DNA from: Planctomycetota bacterium
GTDB taxonomy: Bacteria; Planctomycetota; Planctomycetia; JALXBF01
Direction: 5' to 3'
Assembly (NCBI GenBank): GCA_026991575.1
Contig: JALXBF010000058.1
Span: 49,080-69,079 of the forward strand
DNA: 20,000 nt
A model generated the notes under the pieces. That model ran no database searches. It was not told where the DNA came from and was given only the letters and a program-made list of their open reading frames with translations. The translations under genes and the position numbers were made by a program. Below, one piece after another: positions 1-7,295 of this stretch; within the stretch, counting starts at the first letter, position 1; every line of letters starts with the position of its first letter.

Positions 1-177
1 GCAGATGCCGGCTGCAGCGTCGCCGCCAGCGGTGAACCAGGCAATGCTGTCGAGCCGGCGCAGGAGAACGGCATCGAGCTGATGCTGGCTCAGGAACTCA
101 GCGACGAGGCGGTGCTTCTGGTCGACTTCCTCCCTTCGTTGACGGACGGCGTCGGGCAAAGTTGCGGCGTTTCCCAT
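1..177 (-). CDS. M24 family (Xaa-Pro/creatinase-like) peptidase, N-terminal part; runs off the window edge
   Basis: Manual translation from ATG at 177: MGNAATLPDAVRQRREEVDQKHRLVAEFLSQHQLDAVLLRRLDSIAWFTAGG..., open to position 1. The pattern 'L..FL....LDAVLL....IAWFT.G' resembles creatinase/aminopeptidase P N-terminal domains. Not in the ORF track because it is truncated. Confidence 0.65.
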   Translation of the reverse strand, partial: MGNAATLPDAVRQRREEVDQKHRLVAEFLSQHQLDAVLLRRLDSIAWFTAGGDAAAGIC

Positions 178-253
178 CGGCTCGAGCACCGGCAGTCGGT
201 TCGGTCGCAGAGTGGCACAGCCGTGGGCACCGCGCTGGCGTCAAGTACGGCAT

Positions 254-262
254 ATTCTAACA
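254..262 (-). promoter_or_regulatory. Putative extended -10 promoter (TG-T-TAGAAT) for the M24 peptidase gene
   Basis: Minus strand reads TGtTAGAAT about 75 nt upstream of the ATG, in a locally AT-rich patch. Confidence 0.4.
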
Positions 263-351
263 GGCGGCCTATTCAAGCATAACGCGCAGCCACTGACCGG
301 CGTGGTGGTTCCGGCGCCGTAGAGACGCGCCGTGCAGCGGCACGGGCCCAC

Positions 352-1149
352 TCACGGCGACCGGGCACCTTCGGCCGGCTCGGTCGCGTAGACCGGGCGG
401 GCCACGCCGACCTCGCGACAGTGCAGCACCTTGATCGGTCGTGGGCTCAACGATCCGATGGCATCCATGATCACGTCGGCCACCTCATGCAGCAACTCGT
501 CCGTGATCCGCTTGCCGTAATAGCGGCTAAGGTCAAGGGGCCGACCGTAGTAGACTCTCGTGCGGCTGCGTGTCGTGATTGCTTCGACCAGCGAATGCGT
601 ATGGAGCTCGCGATCGATGAAGGCGGGCACGACGGTAGCCCGACTGCGCAGCGCAAGATAAGCGGCTCCGGGCCGGGCAGGTCCGATCTGGTCGTGCGTC
701 AGCTTGATCCCCCCCTCCGGGAAGATGCCCAACACGCGGCCCTCCCGTAGCGCGCGCAGTCCGGCCAGTGCCGGCCCCGTGTCACGGCCGGTGCGGGTCA
801 CCGGAATCACCTGGGTAATCGTGTAGATCGGCTTGAAGATCCAGAAGCGGAGATACTCGGCCGCCATAAAGAACGAGATGACCCGATGGCGGGTCGTGCA
901 CTGGAGGAAGACGGGATCGAGGTTGCAGACGTGGTTGGCAACCAGCAGCGCCGCGCCTTCGCCGGGGATCGGGGGGCGTCGATTGGCACGCAAGTTGTGC
1001 ATCAGCACGCAGTAACTCTGGGCAATCCGCCGCAGCAACAGCTGATAGAGCGGCTCACCGGCCAGGTAGCAGGCCAGCCGCACCAGGCCAAGCGGCACAA
1101 GAACGGCAAGCGTCAAGCCCAGGGCGTGGGCAGCAAGTAGCTCAGGCAT
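352..1149 (-). CDS. plsC: 1-acyl-sn-glycerol-3-phosphate (lysophospholipid) acyltransferase, PlsC family
   Basis: NHVCNLD (HX4D catalytic motif), IPVTR, IFPEGG and GAAYLA blocks; N-terminal hydrophobic segment. Start placed at ATG 1149 (MPELLAAH); the ORF is open to 1194. Confidence 0.85.
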   Translation of the reverse strand: MPELLAAHALGLTLAVLVPLGLVRLACYLAGEPLYQLLLRRIAQSYCVLMHNLRANRRPPIPGEGAALLVANHVCNLDPVFLQCTTRHRVISFFMAAEYLRFWIFKPIYTITQVIPVTRTGRDTGPALAGLRALREGRVLGIFPEGGIKLTHDQIGPARPGAAYLALRSRATVVPAFIDRELHTHSLVEAITTRSRTRVYYGRPLDLSRYYGKRITDELLHEVADVIMDAIGSLSPRPIKVLHCREVGVARPVYATEPAEGARSP

Positions 1150-1240
1150 GGTTTGCGTCGTGCGATCCGGAAAACAGCCCGCCTCGCCGCACATCAGGCG
1201 CGGCGAGGCGGCATATCCGTTCGTTGCTGCTGTGAGGCCG

Positions 1241-4200
1241 TTACGAACAGCCCATCGAGTTTCCGCAATTCAAGCACCGGAAGCAACTGCCACTGCGCAC
1301 CGTGATGGCACCGCAATTATCGCACGGCGGCGCGTCGCTCTGAAGCTGGGCCAACCAGGCAGATGGTGTGTAGGCCGGCGTTTGGCTCGGTTGCCCCTTC
1401 GGCTCCTGAGTTGACCCGCGCGCGGTGGCGGCGGCGTCTCGCTGATGCATTTGCTCTTCGGTCCGGTCCGGGGTCGGCGTGCTGGCAAGCTCGGCGCGGT
1501 GCGGCACCGTCTTCTCCCGGTAACCGGGCACGAAGCTAATGCCAAGCCAGCGGAAGATGTAATCCACGATGCTTTTCGCGTACGGGATGTCCGGATTTTC
1601 GGTGAAGCCGGACGGCTCGAACCGGACATGCTCGAATTTCCGCACCAGCGCCTCCAGCGGCACACCGTACTGGAGTGCGATGCTGGTCAGGACGCCGATC
1701 GTGTCCATCAGCCCGCCGATTGTGCTCCCTTCCTTTGCCATGTTGATGAACAGTTCGCCGGGGCGGCCGTCGTCGTAGAACCCGACGGTGATGTAACCTT
1801 CGTAGCCGGCGATCGAGAACTTGTGTGTGATGGACCGGCGCGTGTCGGGCAGCCGCTCGCGACGGGGCCCCTGCGGAATCAGCTCACGCTGCACTACCTT
1901 GGGCCTGACCGGTTGCTGCCTGCGTGCCCGCTCGATAACGACCTCCTCGGGCCGCTTACCGGCAACACGAGTCTCGACGTCGCGTTCGGCCTGTTGGCGG
2001 TCCTCTTCGTTGCTCACGCTGGTCGACACCGGTTGACTGCCCTTGGAACCGTCCCGGTAAATGGCCAGTGCCTTCAAGCCGAGCCGCCAGCCTTCGATGT
2101 AGGCGTTCATGATGTCCTCGACGGTCGACTTGTTCGGCATGTTCACCGTCTTGGAGATCGCTCCTGAGATGAACGGCTGCACTGCGGCCATCATCTTCAG
2201 GTGAGCTGAATAGTGTATGCATCGGCCGCCTCCCGGGGGTGGGAACGCACAGTCGAACACGGGTAGATGCTCTTCTTTCAGTCCCGGCGCCCCCTCGATC
2301 TTGTCGTGTTGCTCCAGGTACGCGACGATCTCCTCGATGCTGGCCTTGTCGTAGCCGAGCCGTTCCAGTGCCATCGGCACGGTGCGGTTCGGAATGCGGA
2401 GCATGCCACCGCCGGCCAACAGCTTGTACTTGATCAGCGCGATGTCCGGCTCGATGCCCGTCGTATCGCAGTCCATCATGAAACTGATCGTGCCTGTAGG
2501 CGCAACAACGGTGGCCTGAGCGTTGCGATAGCCGTGCCGCCGCCCCAGCTCCAGACAGCGGTCCCAGACGCTGCGTGCCGCTTCGCGCAGGTAGTCCGGG
2601 CAACTGGAGTGGATCCGCTCGACGGCATCGCGATGCATCTGCATCACCTTCAGCATCGGCTCGCGGTTCTTCGCAAACTCCTCGAACGGCCCCATGTGGC
2701 CAGCAACCTCGGCCGAAGTCAGGTACGCCTGACCGGTCATGATCGCGCTGATGGCACCCGCCAGCGCACGTCCCTCGTCGGAGTCGTACGGCAAACCGAG
2801 CGACATCAGCAGCGAGCCGAGGTTGCTGAAGCCAAGCCCGAGCTGCCGGAACTTGTGCGCGTTGACCGCGATCTTCTCGGTCGGGTAGCTCGCGTTGTCG
2901 ACGATGATCTCCTGAGCCAGGATGAAGATCCGCACCGCGTTGCGGAAACTTTCCACATCAAACGTGCCATCGTCGCGGCGGAACTTCATCAAGTTGAGGC
3001 TGGCCAGGTTACAGGCGCTATCGTCCACGTGCATGTACTCGGAGCAGGGGTTAGAGCTGTTGATCGGGCCGCTGTTCGGGCAGGTATGCCACCGCTGAAT
3101 CGTGTCCTCGTACTGGACCCCGGGATCGCCGCACACCCACGTGCCCCAGGCGATCTTGCGCATCAGCTCGCGGGCGTCGTACGTGTCCATCACCTCGCCG
3201 GTAGTCACCGCCCTGGTCTGCCACTTGCGGCCATGGATCACCGCCTCCATGAACTCGTCGGTGACGCGCACCGACAGGTTCGCGTTCTGGAAGAAGACCG
3301 AACTGTACGCTTCGCCGTTGAAGTCCGCACTGTAGCCACACTTGATCAGGCAGTGCGCCTTTTTCTCCTCCTTCGCCTTGCACTCGATGAACTCCACGAT
3401 ATCCGGGTGCCAGATCCTCAGTGTCTGCATCTTGGCCGCCCGCCGCGTCTTGCCGCCGGACTTGACCACTGAGGCGATCGCATCATAGACGCGCATGAAC
3501 GAGACGGGGCCGCTGGGACGGCCACCGCCGGAGAGTTTCTCCTTGCTGGAGCGCAGCGGGGTCAGGTCCGTACCGGTGCCGGAACCATACTTGAACAGCA
3601 TTGCTTCGCTCCGGGCCAGCTCCATGATCGATTCCATGTTGTCCTCGACCGACTGGATGAAGCAGGCCGAGCACTGAGGGTACTCATACGGGGTCTCCAC
3701 CCGCACAGCCATACGCGTCTGCGCATCCCAGCGATAGTTCGTTCCCTTGCCCTTGACGCCATACTGGTGATACAGCCCGACGTTGAACCAAACGGGTGAA
3801 TTGAACGACCCGTACTGGTGCAGGCAGAGCCAGGTGAGCTCGTGGTAGAAGCGTTCGGCGTCTTCGCGGGTGGCAAAGTAGCCGTCCTTGATTCCCCAGT
3901 CGGTGATCGTTCGGGTGACGCGGTGGATGAGCTGCTTGACGCTATGTTCCCGTTCGTCCGTGCCCGGCTCGCCGTAGAAGTACTTGTTGGCCACGACGTT
4001 CGTTGCCAGACGGCTCCAGAACTTGGGCACTTCGCAGTTCTTCTGCTCGAAGATGACGTTACCCTGCTCGTCACGGATCACCGCGGTACGAGTCTCCCAT
4101 TCGACCTCATCAAACGGATGCACCCCCTCGGTGGAAAAGTACCGTGGGATCTCAAGCCCCCCCTTGCGGTCCCGCCGAGCGTCCAGGGCCGTTCGAATGC

Positions 4201-4270
4201 GTTCTAGGCGGTCGACTTCGTGGGTCGTTACCGCACCGTTGTTCCGCCGCGTCTCGTGCCGTTCACTCAT
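1241..4270 (-). CDS. nrdJ: Vitamin B12-dependent (class II) ribonucleotide reductase with fused C-terminal TSCPD/Zn-ribbon region
   Basis: FNSPVWFNVG, PQCSACFI, SGGKTRRAAKM, SNPCSE (thiyl-radical Cys motif), APTGTISFMMDCDTTGIEP, QPFISGAISKTVN; C-terminal CDNC...CLNC...GCS. Start at ATG 4270 (MSERHETRR) preferred, because the upstream extension runs through the operator/promoter. Confidence 0.95.
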   Translation of the reverse strand: MSERHETRRNNGAVTTHEVDRLERIRTALDARRDRKGGLEIPRYFSTEGVHPFDEVEWETRTAVIRDEQGNVIFEQKNCEVPKFWSRLATNVVANKYFYGEPGTDEREHSVKQLIHRVTRTITDWGIKDGYFATREDAERFYHELTWLCLHQYGSFNSPVWFNVGLYHQYGVKGKGTNYRWDAQTRMAVRVETPYEYPQCSACFIQSVEDNMESIMELARSEAMLFKYGSGTGTDLTPLRSSKEKLSGGGRPSGPVSFMRVYDAIASVVKSGGKTRRAAKMQTLRIWHPDIVEFIECKAKEEKKAHCLIKCGYSADFNGEAYSSVFFQNANLSVRVTDEFMEAVIHGRKWQTRAVTTGEVMDTYDARELMRKIAWGTWVCGDPGVQYEDTIQRWHTCPNSGPINSSNPCSEYMHVDDSACNLASLNLMKFRRDDGTFDVESFRNAVRIFILAQEIIVDNASYPTEKIAVNAHKFRQLGLGFSNLGSLLMSLGLPYDSDEGRALAGAISAIMTGQAYLTSAEVAGHMGPFEEFAKNREPMLKVMQMHRDAVERIHSSCPDYLREAARSVWDRCLELGRRHGYRNAQATVVAPTGTISFMMDCDTTGIEPDIALIKYKLLAGGGMLRIPNRTVPMALERLGYDKASIEEIVAYLEQHDKIEGAPGLKEEHLPVFDCAFPPPGGGRCIHYSAHLKMMAAVQPFISGAISKTVNMPNKSTVEDIMNAYIEGWRLGLKALAIYRDGSKGSQPVSTSVSNEEDRQQAERDVETRVAGKRPEEVVIERARRQQPVRPKVVQRELIPQGPRRERLPDTRRSITHKFSIAGYEGYITVGFYDDGRPGELFINMAKEGSTIGGLMDTIGVLTSIALQYGVPLEALVRKFEHVRFEPSGFTENPDIPYAKSIVDYIFRWLGISFVPGYREKTVPHRAELASTPTPDRTEEQMHQRDAAATARGSTQEPKGQPSQTPAYTPSAWLAQLQSDAPPCDNCGAITVRSGSCFRCLNCGNSMGCS

Positions 4271-4388
4271 GACTTGCCCCCAAAACGCTAACGTCCTTGG
4301 TTCGTACCAGCGGCCCTTCACCCAATCGTAGGCCACCGAAGCGGGCCCCCGGCCGTGCCTGCTGGCGGGTACGCCGGCGGCACCGCAG

Positions 4389-4436
4389 GCCCCAGATATT
4401 GGGCTATGGCCGCCCCACATCCCCAATATCTTGGGG
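4389..4436. promoter_or_regulatory. Tandem NrdR boxes (4389-4404 and 4421-4436)
   Basis: GCCCCAGATATTGGGC and CCCCAATATCTTGGGG are 16-bp pseudo-palindromes matching the core of the NrdR consensus acaCwAtATaTwGtgt. Their starts are 32 bp apart and they lie directly upstream of nrdJ. Confidence 0.88.
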
Positions 4437-4455
4437 ATCTGCGTCCGGCTGTCAA
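4428..4455 (-). promoter_or_regulatory. Putative sigma70 promoter of nrdJ
   Basis: Perfect -35 TTGACA on the minus strand (4450-4455). The expected -10 position (CAAGAT-like, about 4428-4433) falls inside the distal NrdR box. Confidence 0.6.
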
Positions 4456-4553
4456 GTCCCCACCGGCAGAATCGCTCAACCCCCGCCGAAACCCAACCTT
4501 GCGGCCGGAGACCACCGGCATCGGCGAATACGGCCGTTTTCCCGGTGCGGCCC

Positions 4554-4583
4554 TTGACATCCGGCCCCGCGGCGGGTCAGAAT
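4554..4583 (+). promoter_or_regulatory. Putative sigma70 promoter of the histone gene
   Basis: TTGACA (4554-4559), 18 nt, CAGAAT (4578-4583). Confidence 0.55.
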
Positions 4584-4714
4584 CGGTCAGACAGCCGGAT
4601 TTGGCGGTTTCCGGGCGGATTCGCGACTGCTGCATCCACTGAGGAGTTTTGCTCAGGTTCGATGGCACGGCCCGGTGGTTTCGTTTGCGAGCTAGCTCGA
4701 AAGGAGGTGTCGCT

Positions 4715-4912
4715 ATGGCAAAGAAGAAAGCAGCAAACCGCGAACCGCTTGTCGTAGGCTCCAAGGTGAAGGCGTTCATCGGCTCGAACAACATGCGGAT
4801 GGACGGGCAACTGCTAGAGGCCCTGAACGCAAAGGTGTACGAGCTGCTTGAAGCTGCCATCAAACGGTGTCAGGCGAACGGACGCTCCACGGTTCGTCCG
4901 CACGATCTGTAA
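4715..4912 (+). CDS. Bacterial histone-fold protein (singlet, 65 aa)
   Basis: Strong SD AAGGAGGT (4701-4708) before ATG 4715. MAKKKAANREPLVVGSKVKAFIGSNNMRMDGQLLEALNAKVYELLEAAIKRCQANGRSTVRPHDL has the LVVxSKVK alpha1 signature, a long amphipathic alpha2 and the C-terminal R-x-T-V-x-x-x-D-L histone L2/alpha3 motif. Confidence 0.88.
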   Translation: MAKKKAANREPLVVGSKVKAFIGSNNMRMDGQLLEALNAKVYELLEAAIKRCQANGRSTVRPHDL

Positions 4913-4964
4913 GGTCCACACATGAGTTGATTCGACACCGCCCGGAACCGCCCTCCCGGCAATG

Positions 4965-5005
4965 GCCCGGCACCGCGACCGCTGCCGGGCTCTGTTCTTT
5001 TTTTT
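4965..5005 (+). terminator. Intrinsic terminator of the histone gene
   Basis: Stem GCCCGGCA (4965-4972) / TGCCGGGC (4983-4990), followed by TCTGTTC and T8. Confidence 0.75.
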
Positions 5006-5042
5006 CCCGGCGACGGTAGCCACCTCGCTCAGGCCGCGCATG

Positions 5043-5069
5043 AAAACAGCCCGGCGCTGCCACCGGGCT
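5043..5069 (-). terminator. Putative intrinsic terminator of rplU
   Basis: Stem AGCCCGG (5048-5054) / CCGGGCT (5063-5069), followed on the minus strand by GTTTT; about 30 nt downstream of the rplU stop. Confidence 0.5.
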
Positions 5070-5096
5070 CTCTCTGTTGCCGCTAACTGGAACCGG

Positions 5097-5441
5097 CTAG
5101 CTGTTGGACTCCTGGGAAACGGCTCCGCCCAGCTCGATCGCCTCGATCACCACACGCGTCGCGCGCTGGCGGTGCCCTTTACGTCGTCGGTAGTTTTTCC
5201 TTCGCTTGAACTTCTCCACGTAGATCTTCGGCCCCTTGACATGCTCCAGCACCCGGCCGACGACGCGTGCCTCGCTAACCACGGGCTGGCCCACCAGGAC
5301 CTGCTCGGCGCTGCGGCACAGGAGCACGCGGTCAAAGACCAGCTCATCGCCCGGGTTGAGCCGTTCGCGGTAGTCGACGTCCAGCACCATCCCACGCTCG
5401 ACCCGGTACTGGTGGCTACCGTCTTCGATCACCGCATACAT
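5097..5441 (-). CDS. rplU: 50S ribosomal protein L21 (bL21)
   Basis: MYAVIEDGSHQYRV...GQPVV...KGPKIYVEKFKRRKNYRRRKGHRQ, the hallmark bL21 motifs; SD GGAG upstream. Confidence 0.96.
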   Translation of the reverse strand: MYAVIEDGSHQYRVERGMVLDVDYRERLNPGDELVFDRVLLCRSAEQVLVGQPVVSEARVVGRVLEHVKGPKIYVEKFKRRKNYRRRKGHRQRATRVVIEAIELGGAVSQESNS

Positions 5442-5491
5442 CGGTCGCAGTCTCCGAATGGCAAGCCGTTCGTTCAGGCAACAGGCTCGGA

Positions 5492-5520
5492 ATTATGGGC
5501 GGTCGGAGCGTGATGTTCAA
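5492..5520 (-). promoter_or_regulatory. Putative sigma70 promoter of rplU
   Basis: Minus strand TTGAAC (5515-5520), 17 nt, CATAAT (5492-5497). Confidence 0.65.
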
Positions 5521-5544
5521 GGCCGGCCGGCGCGGCGGCATGGC

Positions 5545-5573
5545 TTGCCCGATGCGGGCCGGGTTGCTACGCT
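5545..5573 (+). promoter_or_regulatory. Putative promoter of the 6S RNA (and possibly rarA)
   Basis: TTGCCC (5545-5550), 17 nt, TACGCT (5568-5573), with extended -10 TG at 5565-5566; back-to-back with the rplU promoter. Confidence 0.55.
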
Positions 5574-5590
5574 TAAGTGGAGACAGCGAA

Positions 5591-5781
5591 GAACCTCTGC
5601 CTTGTGCGTGATAGACGGTATTTTGACGAACCGACACCTGTCCCGCAGGGAGCCTACATGGCCCGGGGAGGCGTATAGCCGCGGTCGTGGCGGCCGTGGA
5701 TCACGCGAGCCGGGTCTGCGGCGCCCACTTGGCTTGCGGGTTCTCAAAACGCCGTCTACACGGCAAATGGCGGAGGTTTTT
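5591..5781 (+). ncRNA. ssrS: 6S RNA
   Basis: About 190 nt that fold by hand into a long rod: AACCUCUGCC/GGCGGAGGUU, UAGACGGU/GCCGUCUA, UUUUGA/UCAAAA, GGCCCGG/CCGGGUC, CCGCGGUCG/CGGCCGUGG. The G-U wobbles favour the + strand. It carries motifs I recall from Bacillus-type 6S RNAs (UUUGAC-GAAC, GGGAGCC, GGCRCCCAC, GCGGGUUC, ACGGCA). U-tracts follow at 5777-5789. Confidence 0.85.
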
Positions 5782-5798
5782 CCTTTTTTGGGCAGCCC

Positions 5799-7136
5799 AT
5801 GAAGTCGCTGTTCGAGCCGCTCGAAGAAGACCGGCTGCGGCGCAACCGGCCGTTGGCCACGCGCATGCGGCCGCGCAGTCTCGAGGAGTTCGTCGGGCAG
5901 CGCCACCTGCTCGGGCCCGGCAAGCTCTTGCGCCGCATGCTCGACGCCGACCGCCTCAGCTCGCTGATCCTGTACGGCCCCCCCGGCAGCGGCAAGACCT
6001 CACTGGCCGAGCTCATCGCACATTGCACGAAGGCCCACTTCGTCCAGCTGAACGCCACGACCGCCACCGTGAAGGAGGTGCGTGAGCTGATCGCTCAAGC
6101 CCACGATCGCGCCCGGGCCGAAGGCCGCCGCACCGTGCTGTTCCTCGATGAGATCCACCGCTTCAACCGGGCGCAACAGGACGTGCTCCTACCCAGTCTC
6201 GAAGAAGGCTTCCTCATTCTCGTGGGCGCGACCACCGAGAACCCGTTCTTTGCCTGCACCGGACCACTACTGAGCCGCAGCCAGGTTTTCCGGCTCGAGC
6301 CGCTCTCCGAGGACGACCTCGTCACCCTGCTGGAACGCGCGCTCAGCGATACCGAGCGCGGTCTGGGCCAGTATGCGGTGCAGGCCGATCCGCAGGCCCT
6401 GCGCTTCCTGGCTCAAACAGCCGGCGGTGACGCGCGCCGAGCACTAAACGCCCTGGAACTGGCTGTTCTCTCCGCACGCACTACCCCCGTGCAGCTAACC
6501 GTCGAGCTGGCCCGTGACTGCATCCAGCGCCGCTATGTCCCGCACGACCGAGCCGGCGACCAGCACTATGACGTCGTCTCCGCATTCATCAAGAGCATGC
6601 GGGGCAGCGATCCGGATGCAACGGTCTACTGGCTGGCGCGCATGCTGGAGGGGGGTGAGGATCCGCGATTCATCGCGCGCCGGATTGTCATCTGCGCGGC
6701 CGAGGACGTCGGTAACGCCGACCCGATGGCACTCGTCGTGGCCACCGCAGCGCTGCAGGCCAGCGAGTTCGTGGGCCTGCCCGAATGCAAGCTCATCCTC
6801 AGCCAGGCCGCCCTCTACATCGCCACCGCACCAAAAAGCAACGCCGCGGCCAAAGCCATCTGGCAAGCTGAAGCGGACATCCGCAATGGCCTTGTCCTAG
6901 AAGTCCCCCCTCACCTGCGCGACGCACACTACCCGGGAGCCGCCCAACTTGGCCACGGCCGCGGCTACAAGTACCCGCACGACTACCCGGGCGGCTGGGT
7001 CGACCAGGCCTACCTGCCCCAGCCCCGCCGCTACTACGAGCCTACAGACCGGGGCCACGAGCGCACGATCCGCCAGCAGCTGGCACGCCGACGCCACGCG
7101 GCCACCGACCCGAGCGACTCGCCGCCGCCGCGCTGA
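5799..7136 (+). CDS. rarA: Replication-associated recombination protein A (RarA/MgsA), AAA+ ATPase
   Basis: PLATRMRPRSLEEFVGQ, Walker A GPPGSGKT, LFLDEIHRFNRAQQD, GATTENP, SAFIKSMRGSDPDA, EDVGNADP, YKYPHDYP. Confidence 0.95.
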   Translation: MKSLFEPLEEDRLRRNRPLATRMRPRSLEEFVGQRHLLGPGKLLRRMLDADRLSSLILYGPPGSGKTSLAELIAHCTKAHFVQLNATTATVKEVRELIAQAHDRARAEGRRTVLFLDEIHRFNRAQQDVLLPSLEEGFLILVGATTENPFFACTGPLLSRSQVFRLEPLSEDDLVTLLERALSDTERGLGQYAVQADPQALRFLAQTAGGDARRALNALELAVLSARTTPVQLTVELARDCIQRRYVPHDRAGDQHYDVVSAFIKSMRGSDPDATVYWLARMLEGGEDPRFIARRIVICAAEDVGNADPMALVVATAALQASEFVGLPECKLILSQAALYIATAPKSNAAAKAIWQAEADIRNGLVLEVPPHLRDAHYPGAAQLGHGRGYKYPHDYPGGWVDQAYLPQPRRYYEPTDRGHERTIRQQLARRRHAATDPSDSPPPR

Positions 7137-7295
7137 ACTGTCCCAATCGCCGCCGCATCATGCCCCCGCGTCAGGTGCAAGGCGTCACGTACACCCGATA
7201 GCGGCCAGTGCGCAGCCGGCACAACGACACGTCAACCACGCCATAGACGGCACCGTAGCCCCTTGTCACCGCGGCATGCAGCCAGGCCCAGCGCG

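Noticed and set aside
2267..3472. Long antisense ORFs (401 aa here; also 10079-11086, 17964-18818, 18157-19128 and others)
   Set aside because: Shadow frames of well-supported genes in high-GC DNA, with no recognisable motifs.
1241..4270. Intein or intron in nrdJ (a common host gene)
   Set aside because: Catalytic motifs are contiguous, length is ordinary, and I see no intein splice-junction or LAGLIDADG motifs.
4271..4426. 52-aa N-terminal extension of NrdJ given by the ORF track
   Set aside because: It runs through the NrdR boxes and promoter and has no RNR-like sequence; ATG 4270 is more plausible.
4271..4714. Cobalamin riboswitch upstream of B12-dependent nrdJ
   Set aside because: No recognisable B12-box or cobalamin aptamer motifs; the NrdR boxes and two promoters explain the region.
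5591..5781. MITE with roughly 40-bp terminal inverted repeats
   Set aside because: Mismatches are largely G-U compatible, pairing extends through the interior, 6S-like motifs are present, and no target-site duplication is evident.
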